Part shown: positions 7,752 to 16,802 of the stretch, in pieces
Numbering within the stretch: position 1 is the first letter of the stretch
Layout of the letters: every line of letters starts with the position of its first letter
NCBI GenBank assembly: GCA_039030515.1
Contig: JBCCEA010000050.1
Span: 1 to 23,372, forward strand
Length of the DNA: 23,372 nucleotides
Source: Myxococcota bacterium
Lineage (GTDB): Bacteria; Myxococcota_A; Polyangia; Polyangiales; Houyiibacteriaceae
Direction of reading: 5' to 3'
Made by a program: the position numbers and the translations under genes
The notes under the pieces: model-generated
The model's database searches: none
The model's input: only the letters and a program-made list of their open reading frames with translations
Told to the model about the DNA's origin: nothing

Positions 7752-10700
7752 ATGGGACAAAGGCGAAACTACCTTACCATCATTGGCCTTTTTCGGTACG
7801 CGGCCGCGATACTTGCCCTTCTGTGCACGCAGACCGTCACGGCGCAAACCGAGATTCGACCACGGTTTTTCATCGCGTTCGATACCTCTGGATCGATGGC
7901 GCTGGATCCCGACGGCGTCCCCAGCTTTGGAGACGGGGTTCCCGGAGTTACGGAGGGTCTCGACACCGACTGCGATGGAGAGGCCGACGACAGCCGGGTG
8001 TATATCGCCAAGGAGGCCTTGAGAAACGTGGTTCTCGCCTACGGCGAGCTCGAATTCGCCCTTGGTCGCTTTCCGCAGTACTCGGAAACCGAAATCATCT
8101 GCAACCGCGAGGCAGTACCGGGGAACTACCGAGGCAATCGGATTCAAGATATCGAATGTAGTGGCTTTTTGTCGAGCATCGGCAACCCTGCAAACAACAC
8201 CGGCACCGTACTGACCACGAGCAACTGCGGAGCCAACTGGAATGGATTCCCGGGAGTCGAGCTGCCGACCTCGGGCATACCCGCTGCGTGCCGTCCCAAC
8301 TCGATTCGCAGCGTAGACCCGAACACCGGTCCGCGAGTCTGCCTCAACTACCTGCCTGGGTGCCCGGGCTCCACCGAGTCGGTCAGTGGATACGTATTTC
8401 CGGAAGGGGATGTCCTTGTCGGATTTGAGGGTTTTGGATGGCCCGACACAACCGACAACCGAACCGGGATCCTGCGCTGGATCGACAATCAGGAAAGCAA
8501 CTTTGATCCGGACATCACCGAGGGCGACTTCTGCAACCACTCCGCAAACGGGGACTGCGAGCTCCGCGTAAGCGGCGCCACCCCACTTGCGGGAGTCCTC
8601 CGAGCGGCAGCGGACTACATGATCCCGATTCGGGCCGCAGACCCAGAACCTTGCAGGCCGTACACCGTACTGTTGCTCACGGATGGATTTGAGACCTGCG
8701 GTGACGATCCGGTCGCCGAAGCGGCCAATCTCTTCGCCAACAACATCGCGGTGTACGTCTTGGGCCTCGCCGTAGATACCGGCAGCCAGTCACTACTCAA
8801 CTCGATCGCGGCTTCGGGAGGCACCACGAGCGCGTTCTTTGCAAACGACCCTATCTCGCTAGCCGATGGGCTTGCAGACATCGTGCGAGATTCACTACTC
8901 ATCGAAGAATGCGGCGGGGGGGATGAGGACTGCGACGGCCTTGTGGATGAGGGGTTCGTCAAGTACTGCGACGTCCCGAACGGCATCACCACGCCGACTC
9001 TGTGCGATCCTGTAGATGAATCTGTTTGTGACGGAGGAGACGACAACTGCAATGGGCTTATCGACGAGGGCGTCACCAATGCATGTGGCGCTTGTGGCGT
9101 CGTACCTGCAGAAACATGCAACGGAAGCGATGACGACTGCGACCTTAGAATCGATGAAGGCGGCGTATGCACCAACTGCGCACGCGAACCGGAGATCTGC
9201 GACGGCCTCGACAACGACTGCGACAATTCAGTAGACGAATCCCTTTCGCGGTCCTGCGGGTTGAGTCTCGGCGTATGTACTCCCGGAACCCAGGCGTGCA
9301 CTGCGGGCGGCTGGGGTGACTGCGTCGGAGGCATCGTTCCCTCTGCGGAGAGTTGCGACGGACTCGACAACGACTGCAACGGTGCTGTCGACGACCTCAG
9401 CCGACCCTGCGGTAGTAGTACCGGCGAGTGTTCCCCAGGAACTCAGCAGTGCATCGGCAACGGGCTTTGGAGCGCGTGCCAGGGCGGGGTCGAAGAGCGT
9501 GATGAGGTCTGCGACAATCTCGACAACGATTGCGACGGGATCACGGACGAAGCGATCGCAGGCCTCGGAGCGAGCTGCGGCGTGGCCGTCGGCGACTGCG
9601 CTGCCGGCACCACCGCCTGCGTGCAGGGAACGGTGATCTGCGAAGGAGGATCGATCCCCTCGGGCGAACTCTGTGATGGCGAAGACAACGATTGCGATAG
9701 CCTGATAGATGAGGGTCTCGGCGTAGGCGCTCCGTGCGGTACCGACGTCGGGGAGTGTTCGCCCGGATTCCTCAGCTGCGTGGACGGCAGCTCGATCTGT
9801 ACGGGAGCGATCGAAAGCGTATCGGAAACGTGCGACGGGCTCGACAACGACTGCGACGGAGGCGTCGACGAAGGCTTGGGCCTTGGACAAATCTGTGGGG
9901 ACACCGTCGGTGTGTGTAGTCCGGGCACGCTTCGATGCGCGGACGGACAAGAGATATGCGATGGGGAGGTGCCGATCGGTTCTGAAGTCTGTGACTGTCA
10001 GGACAACGACTGCGACGGCAGCATCGACGAAGATGCGGAGGAGATATCTTTGTGCCCAGGCAGCTCTGCCTGCGTCAGCTGTCAATGCGCCCTACCGTGC
10101 GGCACCGGGGAGTTCGGTCTGAGCTGTCCCACCGGACGAGTGCCCTCTACCGAAAGCGGGCAATGCTACTGCATCGCCGATGCCTGCGATAACGAGTCAT
10201 GCGGCCAAGAAACCATCGACCTCGACGGTGAAACCCTGTGCGCGCCCGACTCTGACCTGGTGACAGCCTGCGTCTGCAAAAACAATGAGTGCACGTTCTC
10301 ATGTGACGGTGTGGTCTGCAGCAGCGGCACCGTCTGCAACTTTCGAGATCCGCTCGGCAGCTGTACCGAAGACAGCTGCCGGGGACTGGGCTGCCGTTCT
10401 ACCGAAATCTGCTCTTTTGAGACGGGCATTTGCGAGCCCGATCCGTGCCTAGACGCCTCGTGTGCTGCGGAGGAAGCCTGCCGGCTGGGGGCATGTGAGC
10501 CGAGCTGCGCCGATGCGAATTGCGCAGACGACGAGCGATGCGTACGCGGCGTATGCGTTGAAGATCGATGTGCGGATGTTTCGTGCACCTCCAGCGAGGT
10601 CTGCCTGCAAGATTCGGGCAGCTGCATCACGAATCCCTGCAGCGCGGTCCTGTGCCCCACCGGCACGCTGTGCAACCCGCAAAACGGAAATTGCGAGCAG

Positions 10701-13094
10701 GACCCGTGTGACTTGCTCCGCTGCCCAGCTGCTCAATCTTGTTTCGAAGGCGAATGCCGCTTCGACACGATGCCCTCAGAGCCTCCAGAGACCAAATCGG
10801 ACGAGGAGGATACGACCCCGAATCGGCGCGTTCTTGTCACCGGCGGAGGCGCTTCATGCGCTGCCTCGGGCGCCGCCCCACCGCACACCCTGCTAGCGCT
10901 CATGATGTTTGTTTTTGCGTCTCTTATGATGAGATCTCGCCGAATCTACGGCAAAGGTCGAAGACGTGCTTCGCTGATGCGACCGTTTCTCTTCATCATT
11001 GCAGTCTTGGCCCCGGTGACCGGCTGCGATGTCTCTCCCTTCTGTCTCGATTGCGATGAATCCGCAGAGCCGGCTCCGGACGGTTCGATTGTGGGGGCAA
11101 AAGATGCTTCAGGCGGCGATCCAGCCGACGCGACCGTCGGAGACGCTGGGACCATCGATAGTCCAGACGCATGTAGCCCGGATGGATCGGAAGAGTGCAA
11201 CAACTTCGACGACGACTGCGACGGGCGGGTCGATGAGGGGGTAGATACTCAAGCAGACCCAAATCATTGCGGAGGTTGCGGCATGCTGTGCGCGCCCCCC
11301 CAGGCATTTGGCATCTGCGATGAAGGCACGTGCACCATGGGCGACTGTGATGTCGGTTGGTTTGACCTCGACGGAGAGGAGTCCAACGGCTGCGAGTACC
11401 GATGCATTCCGTCTGCGGTAGACGACACGCTATGCGATCGCCGAGACAACGATTGCGATGGGGCGGTCGATGAAGACGTGCAGTTCGAGTCAGACCCGGA
11501 AAACTGCGGTGGTTGCGCCCAGAGATGCGCGTTCTCCCGCGCGGTCACAAGCTGCTCCAATAGCACCTGCCTACTCGAGACCTGCGAGGCCAACTTTTTC
11601 GACATCGACGAGATCAGCAGCAACGGGTGTGAGTACGCATGTGTTCCGGCGGACGGAGGCGCAGAGCTTTGCAACGCGGTCGACGACGATTGCGACGGGA
11701 CCATCGACGAGGGAAACCCCGAGGGCGGCACTGCCTGTGGCGAAACCACCGGTCGATGCGATGTGGGAATTGAGGTCTGCAGCGGCGGGAGCCTCGTATG
11801 CACCAACACGATCGGTCCCTTTGTGGAAACCTGCAACGGTAGCGACGATGACTGTGACGGGCTCACGGACGAGACTACGCTTTTTGATGTGGATCCACTT
11901 AATTGCGGCTTTTGTGGCAATACTTGTGACGCACCTCAAGCGATCAGCCAATGCATCACCGGCAACTGCGTGCTGGCTGGATGCATGCCGGGATTCGCAG
12001 ACATCACTTCCGAACCTGGATGTGAAACCGCATGCGTCAATGCCGGCAGCGAAGTGTGTAATGGCGCAGACGATGACTGCGACGGGACCATCGACGAGCA
12101 ACTCACCATGCCCTCCAACTTTTGCCTGAACTTTGGAGTCTGCGTGGGCACCCAACCGGTATGCACCGGTACCGGCGGCTGGTCCTGCAGCTACCCGTCA
12201 ACGTTTCAAGATCCAGAAACGGTGTGTGACGGTATCGACAACGACTGCGACAGCCTGAGCGACGAAGGCTTTTCGGTCGGTGAGCCTTGCGGCGTAGGGA
12301 CGGGCAGCTGCCGCGTCACTGGGCTCACGCAGTGCGCAAGCGATGGAGCCGGTACCGAGTGCTCCGTCCAAACGCCGGGAGACCCCGTCGATGAACGGTG
12401 CAACGGCGAGGACGACGACTGCGATGGAGCGGTGGACGAGGGCGTCGATCCGGCAAATATCGACACGGTGCGCCTCTCGATCGCCGGCGCCACGGTGGAC
12501 GTCTTCCAGTTTGAAGCCTCAAGGGCCGATGCCACCTCGAGTGAAGCTGGGATTCTATCGACCGCCGCATGTTCGGTTGCCGATCGAATTCCCTGGACCT
12601 CGGTCACTTGGTCTGAAGCGGAAGAAGCCTGTTGCGCCCTGAACGATGGCGGCCAATGCCCAGCCACCAGCACGACCGACGGCTGGAGACTCTGTGATGT
12701 TGACGACTGGGAAGCAGCGTGCGCAGGGCCTTCTTCGAACTGCACGTGGTCGTACGAAAACAACTGCACATCAAGCGCAAGTCTCACCTGCAACGGGACC
12801 GAGTTTGACTGTGATCCGGGGGCGTCCGGAGTTCAAAACTGCATCAGCCCAACGCAAAACAGCACTTCGTTCGCAAGCTGTCGTACGAGCTGGCCTGCTG
12901 GACCGATCTACGATTTGTCCGGCAATGTCAAAGAATGGACCAACACGGAGGTTGCGCCGGACGTCCACGCCATCCGCGGAGGATCGTACAACAACCTGGA
13001 GGAGGGTCGCACGTGTGCATTCGACTTCACTGTAGGTGATGAAACATTCCGTTTTCCAAACGTAGGCTTTCGTTGCTGCTACTACGATTTCTGA
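7752..13094 (+). CDS. Giant cell-surface protein: signal peptide, VWA domain, Asp/Cys-rich (MopE-related putative metal-binding) repeats, Cys-rich region, internal MYXO-CTERM-like anchor, internal lipoprotein-like signal, further repeats, C-terminal FGE-sulfatase/SUMF1 (CLec-fold) domain
   Basis: ATG at 7752 follows GGAGGGGG. Signal peptide ends ...TVTA-Q. MIDAS residues DTSGS / ATPL / LLTDG. About 16 'CxxxDxDCDGxxDE'-type repeats (9 before the anchor, 7 after). 'GGGASC-AASG..hydrophobic..RSRR', then 'MRPFLFIIAVLAPVTG-C', and C-terminal 'YDLSGNVKEW..RGGSY..VGFRCC'. Confidence 0.88.
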   Translation: MGQRRNYLTIIGLFRYAAAILALLCTQTVTAQTEIRPRFFIAFDTSGSMALDPDGVPSFGDGVPGVTEGLDTDCDGEADDSRVYIAKEALRNVVLAYGELEFALGRFPQYSETEIICNREAVPGNYRGNRIQDIECSGFLSSIGNPANNTGTVLTTSNCGANWNGFPGVELPTSGIPAACRPNSIRSVDPNTGPRVCLNYLPGCPGSTESVSGYVFPEGDVLVGFEGFGWPDTTDNRTGILRWIDNQESNFDPDITEGDFCNHSANGDCELRVSGATPLAGVLRAAADYMIPIRAADPEPCRPYTVLLLTDGFETCGDDPVAEAANLFANNIAVYVLGLAVDTGSQSLLNSIAASGGTTSAFFANDPISLADGLADIVRDSLLIEECGGGDEDCDGLVDEGFVKYCDVPNGITTPTLCDPVDESVCDGGDDNCNGLIDEGVTNACGACGVVPAETCNGSDDDCDLRIDEGGVCTNCAREPEICDGLDNDCDNSVDESLSRSCGLSLGVCTPGTQACTAGGWGDCVGGIVPSAESCDGLDNDCNGAVDDLSRPCGSSTGECSPGTQQCIGNGLWSACQGGVEERDEVCDNLDNDCDGITDEAIAGLGASCGVAVGDCAAGTTACVQGTVICEGGSIPSGELCDGEDNDCDSLIDEGLGVGAPCGTDVGECSPGFLSCVDGSSICTGAIESVSETCDGLDNDCDGGVDEGLGLGQICGDTVGVCSPGTLRCADGQEICDGEVPIGSEVCDCQDNDCDGSIDEDAEEISLCPGSSACVSCQCALPCGTGEFGLSCPTGRVPSTESGQCYCIADACDNESCGQETIDLDGETLCAPDSDLVTACVCKNNECTFSCDGVVCSSGTVCNFRDPLGSCTEDSCRGLGCRSTEICSFETGICEPDPCLDASCAAEEACRLGACEPSCADANCADDERCVRGVCVEDRCADVSCTSSEVCLQDSGSCITNPCSAVLCPTGTLCNPQNGNCEQDPCDLLRCPAAQSCFEGECRFDTMPSEPPETKSDEEDTTPNRRVLVTGGGASCAASGAAPPHTLLALMMFVFASLMMRSRRIYGKGRRRASLMRPFLFIIAVLAPVTGCDVSPFCLDCDESAEPAPDGSIVGAKDASGGDPADATVGDAGTIDSPDACSPDGSEECNNFDDDCDGRVDEGVDTQADPNHCGGCGMLCAPPQAFGICDEGTCTMGDCDVGWFDLDGEESNGCEYRCIPSAVDDTLCDRRDNDCDGAVDEDVQFESDPENCGGCAQRCAFSRAVTSCSNSTCLLETCEANFFDIDEISSNGCEYACVPADGGAELCNAVDDDCDGTIDEGNPEGGTACGETTGRCDVGIEVCSGGSLVCTNTIGPFVETCNGSDDDCDGLTDETTLFDVDPLNCGFCGNTCDAPQAISQCITGNCVLAGCMPGFADITSEPGCETACVNAGSEVCNGADDDCDGTIDEQLTMPSNFCLNFGVCVGTQPVCTGTGGWSCSYPSTFQDPETVCDGIDNDCDSLSDEGFSVGEPCGVGTGSCRVTGLTQCASDGAGTECSVQTPGDPVDERCNGEDDDCDGAVDEGVDPANIDTVRLSIAGATVDVFQFEASRADATSSEAGILSTAACSVADRIPWTSVTWSEAEEACCALNDGGQCPATSTTDGWRLCDVDDWEAACAGPSSNCTWSYENNCTSSASLTCNGTEFDCDPGASGVQNCISPTQNSTSFASCRTSWPAGPIYDLSGNVKEWTNTEVAPDVHAIRGGSYNNLEEGRTCAFDFTVGDETFRFPNVGFRCCYYDF

Positions 13095-13124
13095 GCGACC
13101 TGCAAAACTGATACACTCCTTTGG

Positions 13125-14267
13125 GTGATCGAGTCATCCTCAACTCCGGTGGGACAGTTGGACCGATTCCAATTGATCCAGCGAATCGGGGTCGGAGGCA
13201 TGGGAGAGATCTATTTGGCCGAGGTCTTGACCGGTGCGTACGAGGGCGGACGCGTTGCGATCAAATGCATGCTTCCGGAGGCATCAAACGACCCGGTTTT
13301 TGTCGGGATGTTTCTCGACGAGGCTCGCCTGGTGACCCGGTTGCAATGTGATCAACTCTGTCGAGTATACGAGCGTGGATTTGCAGACGGCCGTTACTAC
13401 CTGGCCATGGAGTACGTCGAGGGCACCACACTGCGGCAGCTGCTAAGTCGTCATAAAGACGGTTTGTCTCCCAGAATATCCGCTTACATCCTGGCAGAGA
13501 TAGGTCGCGGGCTCGACTATGCACATCGATTTCGGGATATGGCGGGCATTCCGGAGGGGATCGTCCACCGCGACGTAAACCCCAGCAACATCATGGTGGG
13601 CGCAGATGGGGCCGTGAAGCTCATCGACTTTGGCCTCGCAAAATCGAGGACTCAACTGCAAAAGACGCTACCTGGATTGGTCAAAGGCAAATTTGGCTAT
13701 CTGGCTCCGGAACAACTCTCTGGAACCATCGATCATCGAACGGACATTTTCGCCATGGGACTTAACCTCTATGAGTGTCTGACGGGTCGACGTGTCTTTC
13801 ATCAAACGAATCCGGCAGAGGTGGTGTTCGCCGTGGCCGAGTTCAGCGAAATAAACTCGCTCAGTGCACAAAGATCAGATGTTCCAGCGGAGCTCGATGC
13901 CGTATGTAGACGGCTGCTGGCTAGAAATCCTGAGGACCGATTCCAATCTGCCGCAGAGGTCACCTCGATTCTTGAAAAACTCCTCTACTCGTGGGGAGCG
14001 ACCACTGCGAGCGTGCGAGCCGAACTCGCTGCGGCGGTCGATCCAGAGGCCGGAGCAGATCTCAGTTCAGCCGATTGGAGGGTCGAGCCTGCGACTGAGG
14101 CGGTAGAGCTCTCAACCGACGAGCATCCCTCCGATACGTCTCTCGATACGTGCGATATTGAAGCTTCACCTGAACGCCGAGGTCTAAGGAATAGGACCAT
14201 AATCTGGACCGCATTGATATTGATGCTGTGTGCAGCGGCAATAGCCTCCTGGTCTAGAAGTGGATAA
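13125..14267 (+). CDS. Hanks-type Ser/Thr protein kinase with a C-terminal transmembrane helix
   Basis: IGVGGMGEIY, VAIK, HRDVNPSN, DFG, GKFGYLAPEQ and DIFAMG motifs; C-terminal TIIWTALILMLCAAAIASW. Confidence 0.95.
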   Translation: MIESSSTPVGQLDRFQLIQRIGVGGMGEIYLAEVLTGAYEGGRVAIKCMLPEASNDPVFVGMFLDEARLVTRLQCDQLCRVYERGFADGRYYLAMEYVEGTTLRQLLSRHKDGLSPRISAYILAEIGRGLDYAHRFRDMAGIPEGIVHRDVNPSNIMVGADGAVKLIDFGLAKSRTQLQKTLPGLVKGKFGYLAPEQLSGTIDHRTDIFAMGLNLYECLTGRRVFHQTNPAEVVFAVAEFSEINSLSAQRSDVPAELDAVCRRLLARNPEDRFQSAAEVTSILEKLLYSWGATTASVRAELAAAVDPEAGADLSSADWRVEPATEAVELSTDEHPSDTSLDTCDIEASPERRGLRNRTIIWTALILMLCAAAIASWSRSG

Positions 14268-14276
14268 ACTTGGGTT

Positions 14277-16802
14277 GTGGACGAGGAATTAGAGTCGGTT
14301 CGACCGGAGTCGGTTCGATCGCGGCCGTCGGCATTGGAGAAACAACTCCACTACGCTCTGCTGATTCTGCTCAGGCATACGCGAGGAGCACGCAAAACCA
14401 ACAAGGCCTGGGTTGATCCGCTCATCGATGATCTCCACCAGGCACTGACCGCCATTCTGGAAGAGCATGGGGTGATTCACCTCCGAGTCGGAGTCGACGG
14501 ATTTTCCCACGGGCCGCATAAGGTCCTCGACTATTCACCCCGAGATGATGCCAAGCTGTTCTCTCTCTTCCAATACGGGGTGAGGCAGCTTTCCTTTCTA
14601 CCGGGCCTCAGAACAGAAGAGCTGCACGGACTGATCGAAGTGCTCAATACCGATCTCACCGCGCTCGCATTCCAAGAGGAGGACATCACCACGCTCCTTC
14701 TCTCGAAAGACCTGTCATGCGTTGAATTCGTGGTCGTCGAGACTTTTTCTGAGAGTGAGAGTTCCAAGCGAAGGGGAAGCTCCAGAGCCGAAGACATTGC
14801 GAAAGTCGTTGCCGATGCATTGAGCCAAAGCATTGATCCGGACCGAGCCGGAGCCGGTTCGTTCACGTTCTGGAAAGCCGACGTCACCTTCTTCAAAGAG
14901 CAGGACGTCGCAGAGCTGATCGCCACCCTGCCAAACGTCACCGGAACCCACGAAGCAAAAACCGATGCGTTTGCACCCTTACGGGAAGAAATGGACCGCA
15001 GGTTCGGTTCGACCGCCCAGGAACTCCCACGTTCGACCATCGAAGCCGTCAGAGGTACTTCGGACGAAGTGACCGCCCGCCTCGCCGGGGTGCTTGGGGG
15101 CGAGTGGCTGCGCTACGTTGCCGGTCACGGCCTCGATTCTATTGCAATAGGCGTGCAAGAGATCATCTCCTGGCTCGAAGAGAGAAGAAAGGGAAGCACA
15201 CGAACCAGATGGGTTGCTGAGCAGGCATTTAACTCAAAGCTCCAACGATTGGCGCTGCGCACCCTCGATCAGTCGAAGCGCGGCATCCAAGGGGAGCGGG
15301 GCGAGCTTGCAACCAAAGTGGCACTCGCCATGATCGCTTGGACCTCTGCCAACGATGTGCCGGGAGCTTTTCACACCATCCTCAGACAGGGCGAAGGATT
15401 GCGCAGAGAGGACGCCCTTGCCGCTCTAATGTCCACCGGCCACGCGTTCGAAGTATCTTCCAAGAAGCTCCTCGAGTGTGACGAGGTAGCAGCGCTTGCC
15501 ATCTTGCAGGCCGTTCGAAATGAGAGCGCAAGTCCCGGGACCGTTCAGCTGTTCGGTGTGGCGAGAACCCACCCTTCGCTCAAGGTTCGAGTGCAGGCGC
15601 TTTCTTGGTTCGCCTACCACGGAGGTCCCCACGCGGTACGTGTTCTCGGCGAGGCGCTCAGAGACATCAGCCCCGAGGTGAGAACGACCAGTCTATGTCT
15701 CGTCACCCGGACCCAAAGCAAGAATGCAGCAGCTTTGGTGAAAGTATGGATCGAAAGCGAGGAATTTGAGCGGCTCGAATACGAAGAAAAGCGTTTGGCC
15801 TGGCTACTTATGGCAAAGCTCTACGGAGACCACGGTCTTGCGTACTTTCGCGAAGTCGCAAGTCACCGAAATCTGATGCGAAGAGCAAAACTAGACGAGC
15901 GCAGAGCAGCAGCGGTCGCGGCCCTTGGCTTCCTGGTCGACACGGAGTCTTTCGACAGTATCGAGCAGGCGGGCGCAAGCCGAAGTTCAGGTGCGGTTCT
16001 GCGCGACGAAGCCCATCACGTGATCGAGTCTCTGAGGCAGGGCGATCATCCTTACCCTGATCCGGTGGAGACCCTCGAGGGGATGGCCAGCGCCCTCGAC
16101 CTCTCTTCTCATTTGATTTCGGGCTCGAATGTGCTGCCGGAGATTTCCCTACCCACCTTTACCAATGCGCCTACCACCGCGCGATCTCGAACGAGTTCAG
16201 TCCGAGCCCCCGCATGGGCAGTCACGAGTAGCTTTGGCGTGTTTGGTTCGGAGCCGGAGCAGGTCTTCTCACTTCCTGTTCCGGACGATTTGCCCCCGTC
16301 GAGCGACGAACCCAGCACCCCTCGACAACCCAGTGCCCCTCGACAACCCAGCACCCCTCGACCAAGCCAGTCAACTTCGGTGAGTCACCCGCTTCCGAGA
16401 GCTGTCTCTGCTCCCCCAGAGCGGCTCTCGCGTCCACCTGTCTCTACCCCGCCAACGCGGCTCTCTCGTCCACCCGTCTCTACTCCCCCAGAGCGGTTCG
16501 CCAAACCTCCCGTCGAGTTCCATGAAGCCACCTCTGGACGCTTTGGGGACTCTGGAGGAGACGACCTCGAGCGAACTAGGAGCTTGAGGCGTTCCATCGC
16601 ACCCGAGGCAGATGTGCGGTCTTCCGAGGAAGCCATCGATCCCGCTCTCGATTCGTTGGAAGCGTTTGTGAACGATATTGAAACGACCGCAGAGGCCACC
16701 CGTTCCCGTTCTGACGAAGCCCGATCGGACACTGCAGATCTTCTCTCGATGTTCTCTTTTGATTCTCTGAGTTCCCATCCTCGAGAGGACGAAGATGCAT
16801 GA
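14277..16802 (+). CDS. HEAT-repeat protein with a Pro/Ser-rich disordered C-terminal region
   Basis: HEAT-like units 'HPSLKVRVQALSW', 'ALRDISPEVRTTSL' and 'RAAAVAALG'. N-terminal 'LFQYGVRQLSFLPGL..EEL' resembles the N-terminal region of the downstream gene ('MGVHEISF'). Confidence 0.75.
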   Translation: MDEELESVRPESVRSRPSALEKQLHYALLILLRHTRGARKTNKAWVDPLIDDLHQALTAILEEHGVIHLRVGVDGFSHGPHKVLDYSPRDDAKLFSLFQYGVRQLSFLPGLRTEELHGLIEVLNTDLTALAFQEEDITTLLLSKDLSCVEFVVVETFSESESSKRRGSSRAEDIAKVVADALSQSIDPDRAGAGSFTFWKADVTFFKEQDVAELIATLPNVTGTHEAKTDAFAPLREEMDRRFGSTAQELPRSTIEAVRGTSDEVTARLAGVLGGEWLRYVAGHGLDSIAIGVQEIISWLEERRKGSTRTRWVAEQAFNSKLQRLALRTLDQSKRGIQGERGELATKVALAMIAWTSANDVPGAFHTILRQGEGLRREDALAALMSTGHAFEVSSKKLLECDEVAALAILQAVRNESASPGTVQLFGVARTHPSLKVRVQALSWFAYHGGPHAVRVLGEALRDISPEVRTTSLCLVTRTQSKNAAALVKVWIESEEFERLEYEEKRLAWLLMAKLYGDHGLAYFREVASHRNLMRRAKLDERRAAAVAALGFLVDTESFDSIEQAGASRSSGAVLRDEAHHVIESLRQGDHPYPDPVETLEGMASALDLSSHLISGSNVLPEISLPTFTNAPTTARSRTSSVRAPAWAVTSSFGVFGSEPEQVFSLPVPDDLPPSSDEPSTPRQPSAPRQPSTPRPSQSTSVSHPLPRAVSAPPERLSRPPVSTPPTRLSRPPVSTPPERFAKPPVEFHEATSGRFGDSGGDDLERTRSLRRSIAPEADVRSSEEAIDPALDSLEAFVNDIETTAEATRSRSDEARSDTADLLSMFSFDSLSSHPREDEDA
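16311..16364 (+). repeat. 3 x 18-bp tandem repeat (PSTPRQ/PSAPRQ/PSTPRP)
   Basis: CCCAGCACCCCTCGACAA, CCCAGTGCCCCTCGACAA, CCCAGCACCCCTCGACCA. Confidence 0.93.
16404..16511 (+). repeat. 3 x 36-bp degenerate tandem repeat (VSxPPxRLSRPP)
   Basis: VSAPPERLSRPP / VSTPPTRLSRPP / VSTPPERFAKPP; each unit starts GTCTCT. Confidence 0.88.

Noticed and set aside
7752..10943. Calling the first half TraA or CglB
   Set aside because: No PA14-like domain or adjacent OmpA-type traB was recognised, and it has an SPI-type N-terminal signal and a much longer repeat stalk than CglB. The resemblance is an analogy only.
7656..12968. Many long antisense and alternate-frame ORFs with Ser-rich 'PSQSLS' repeats
   Set aside because: They are shadows of the repetitive Asp/Cys codons of the giant gene in GC-rich DNA.
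12900..13094. C-terminal FGE-sulfatase/CLec domain as a diversity-generating retroelement target
   Set aside because: The fold and GFR ending fit, but I saw no template repeat differing at adenines and no reverse transcriptase in the window.
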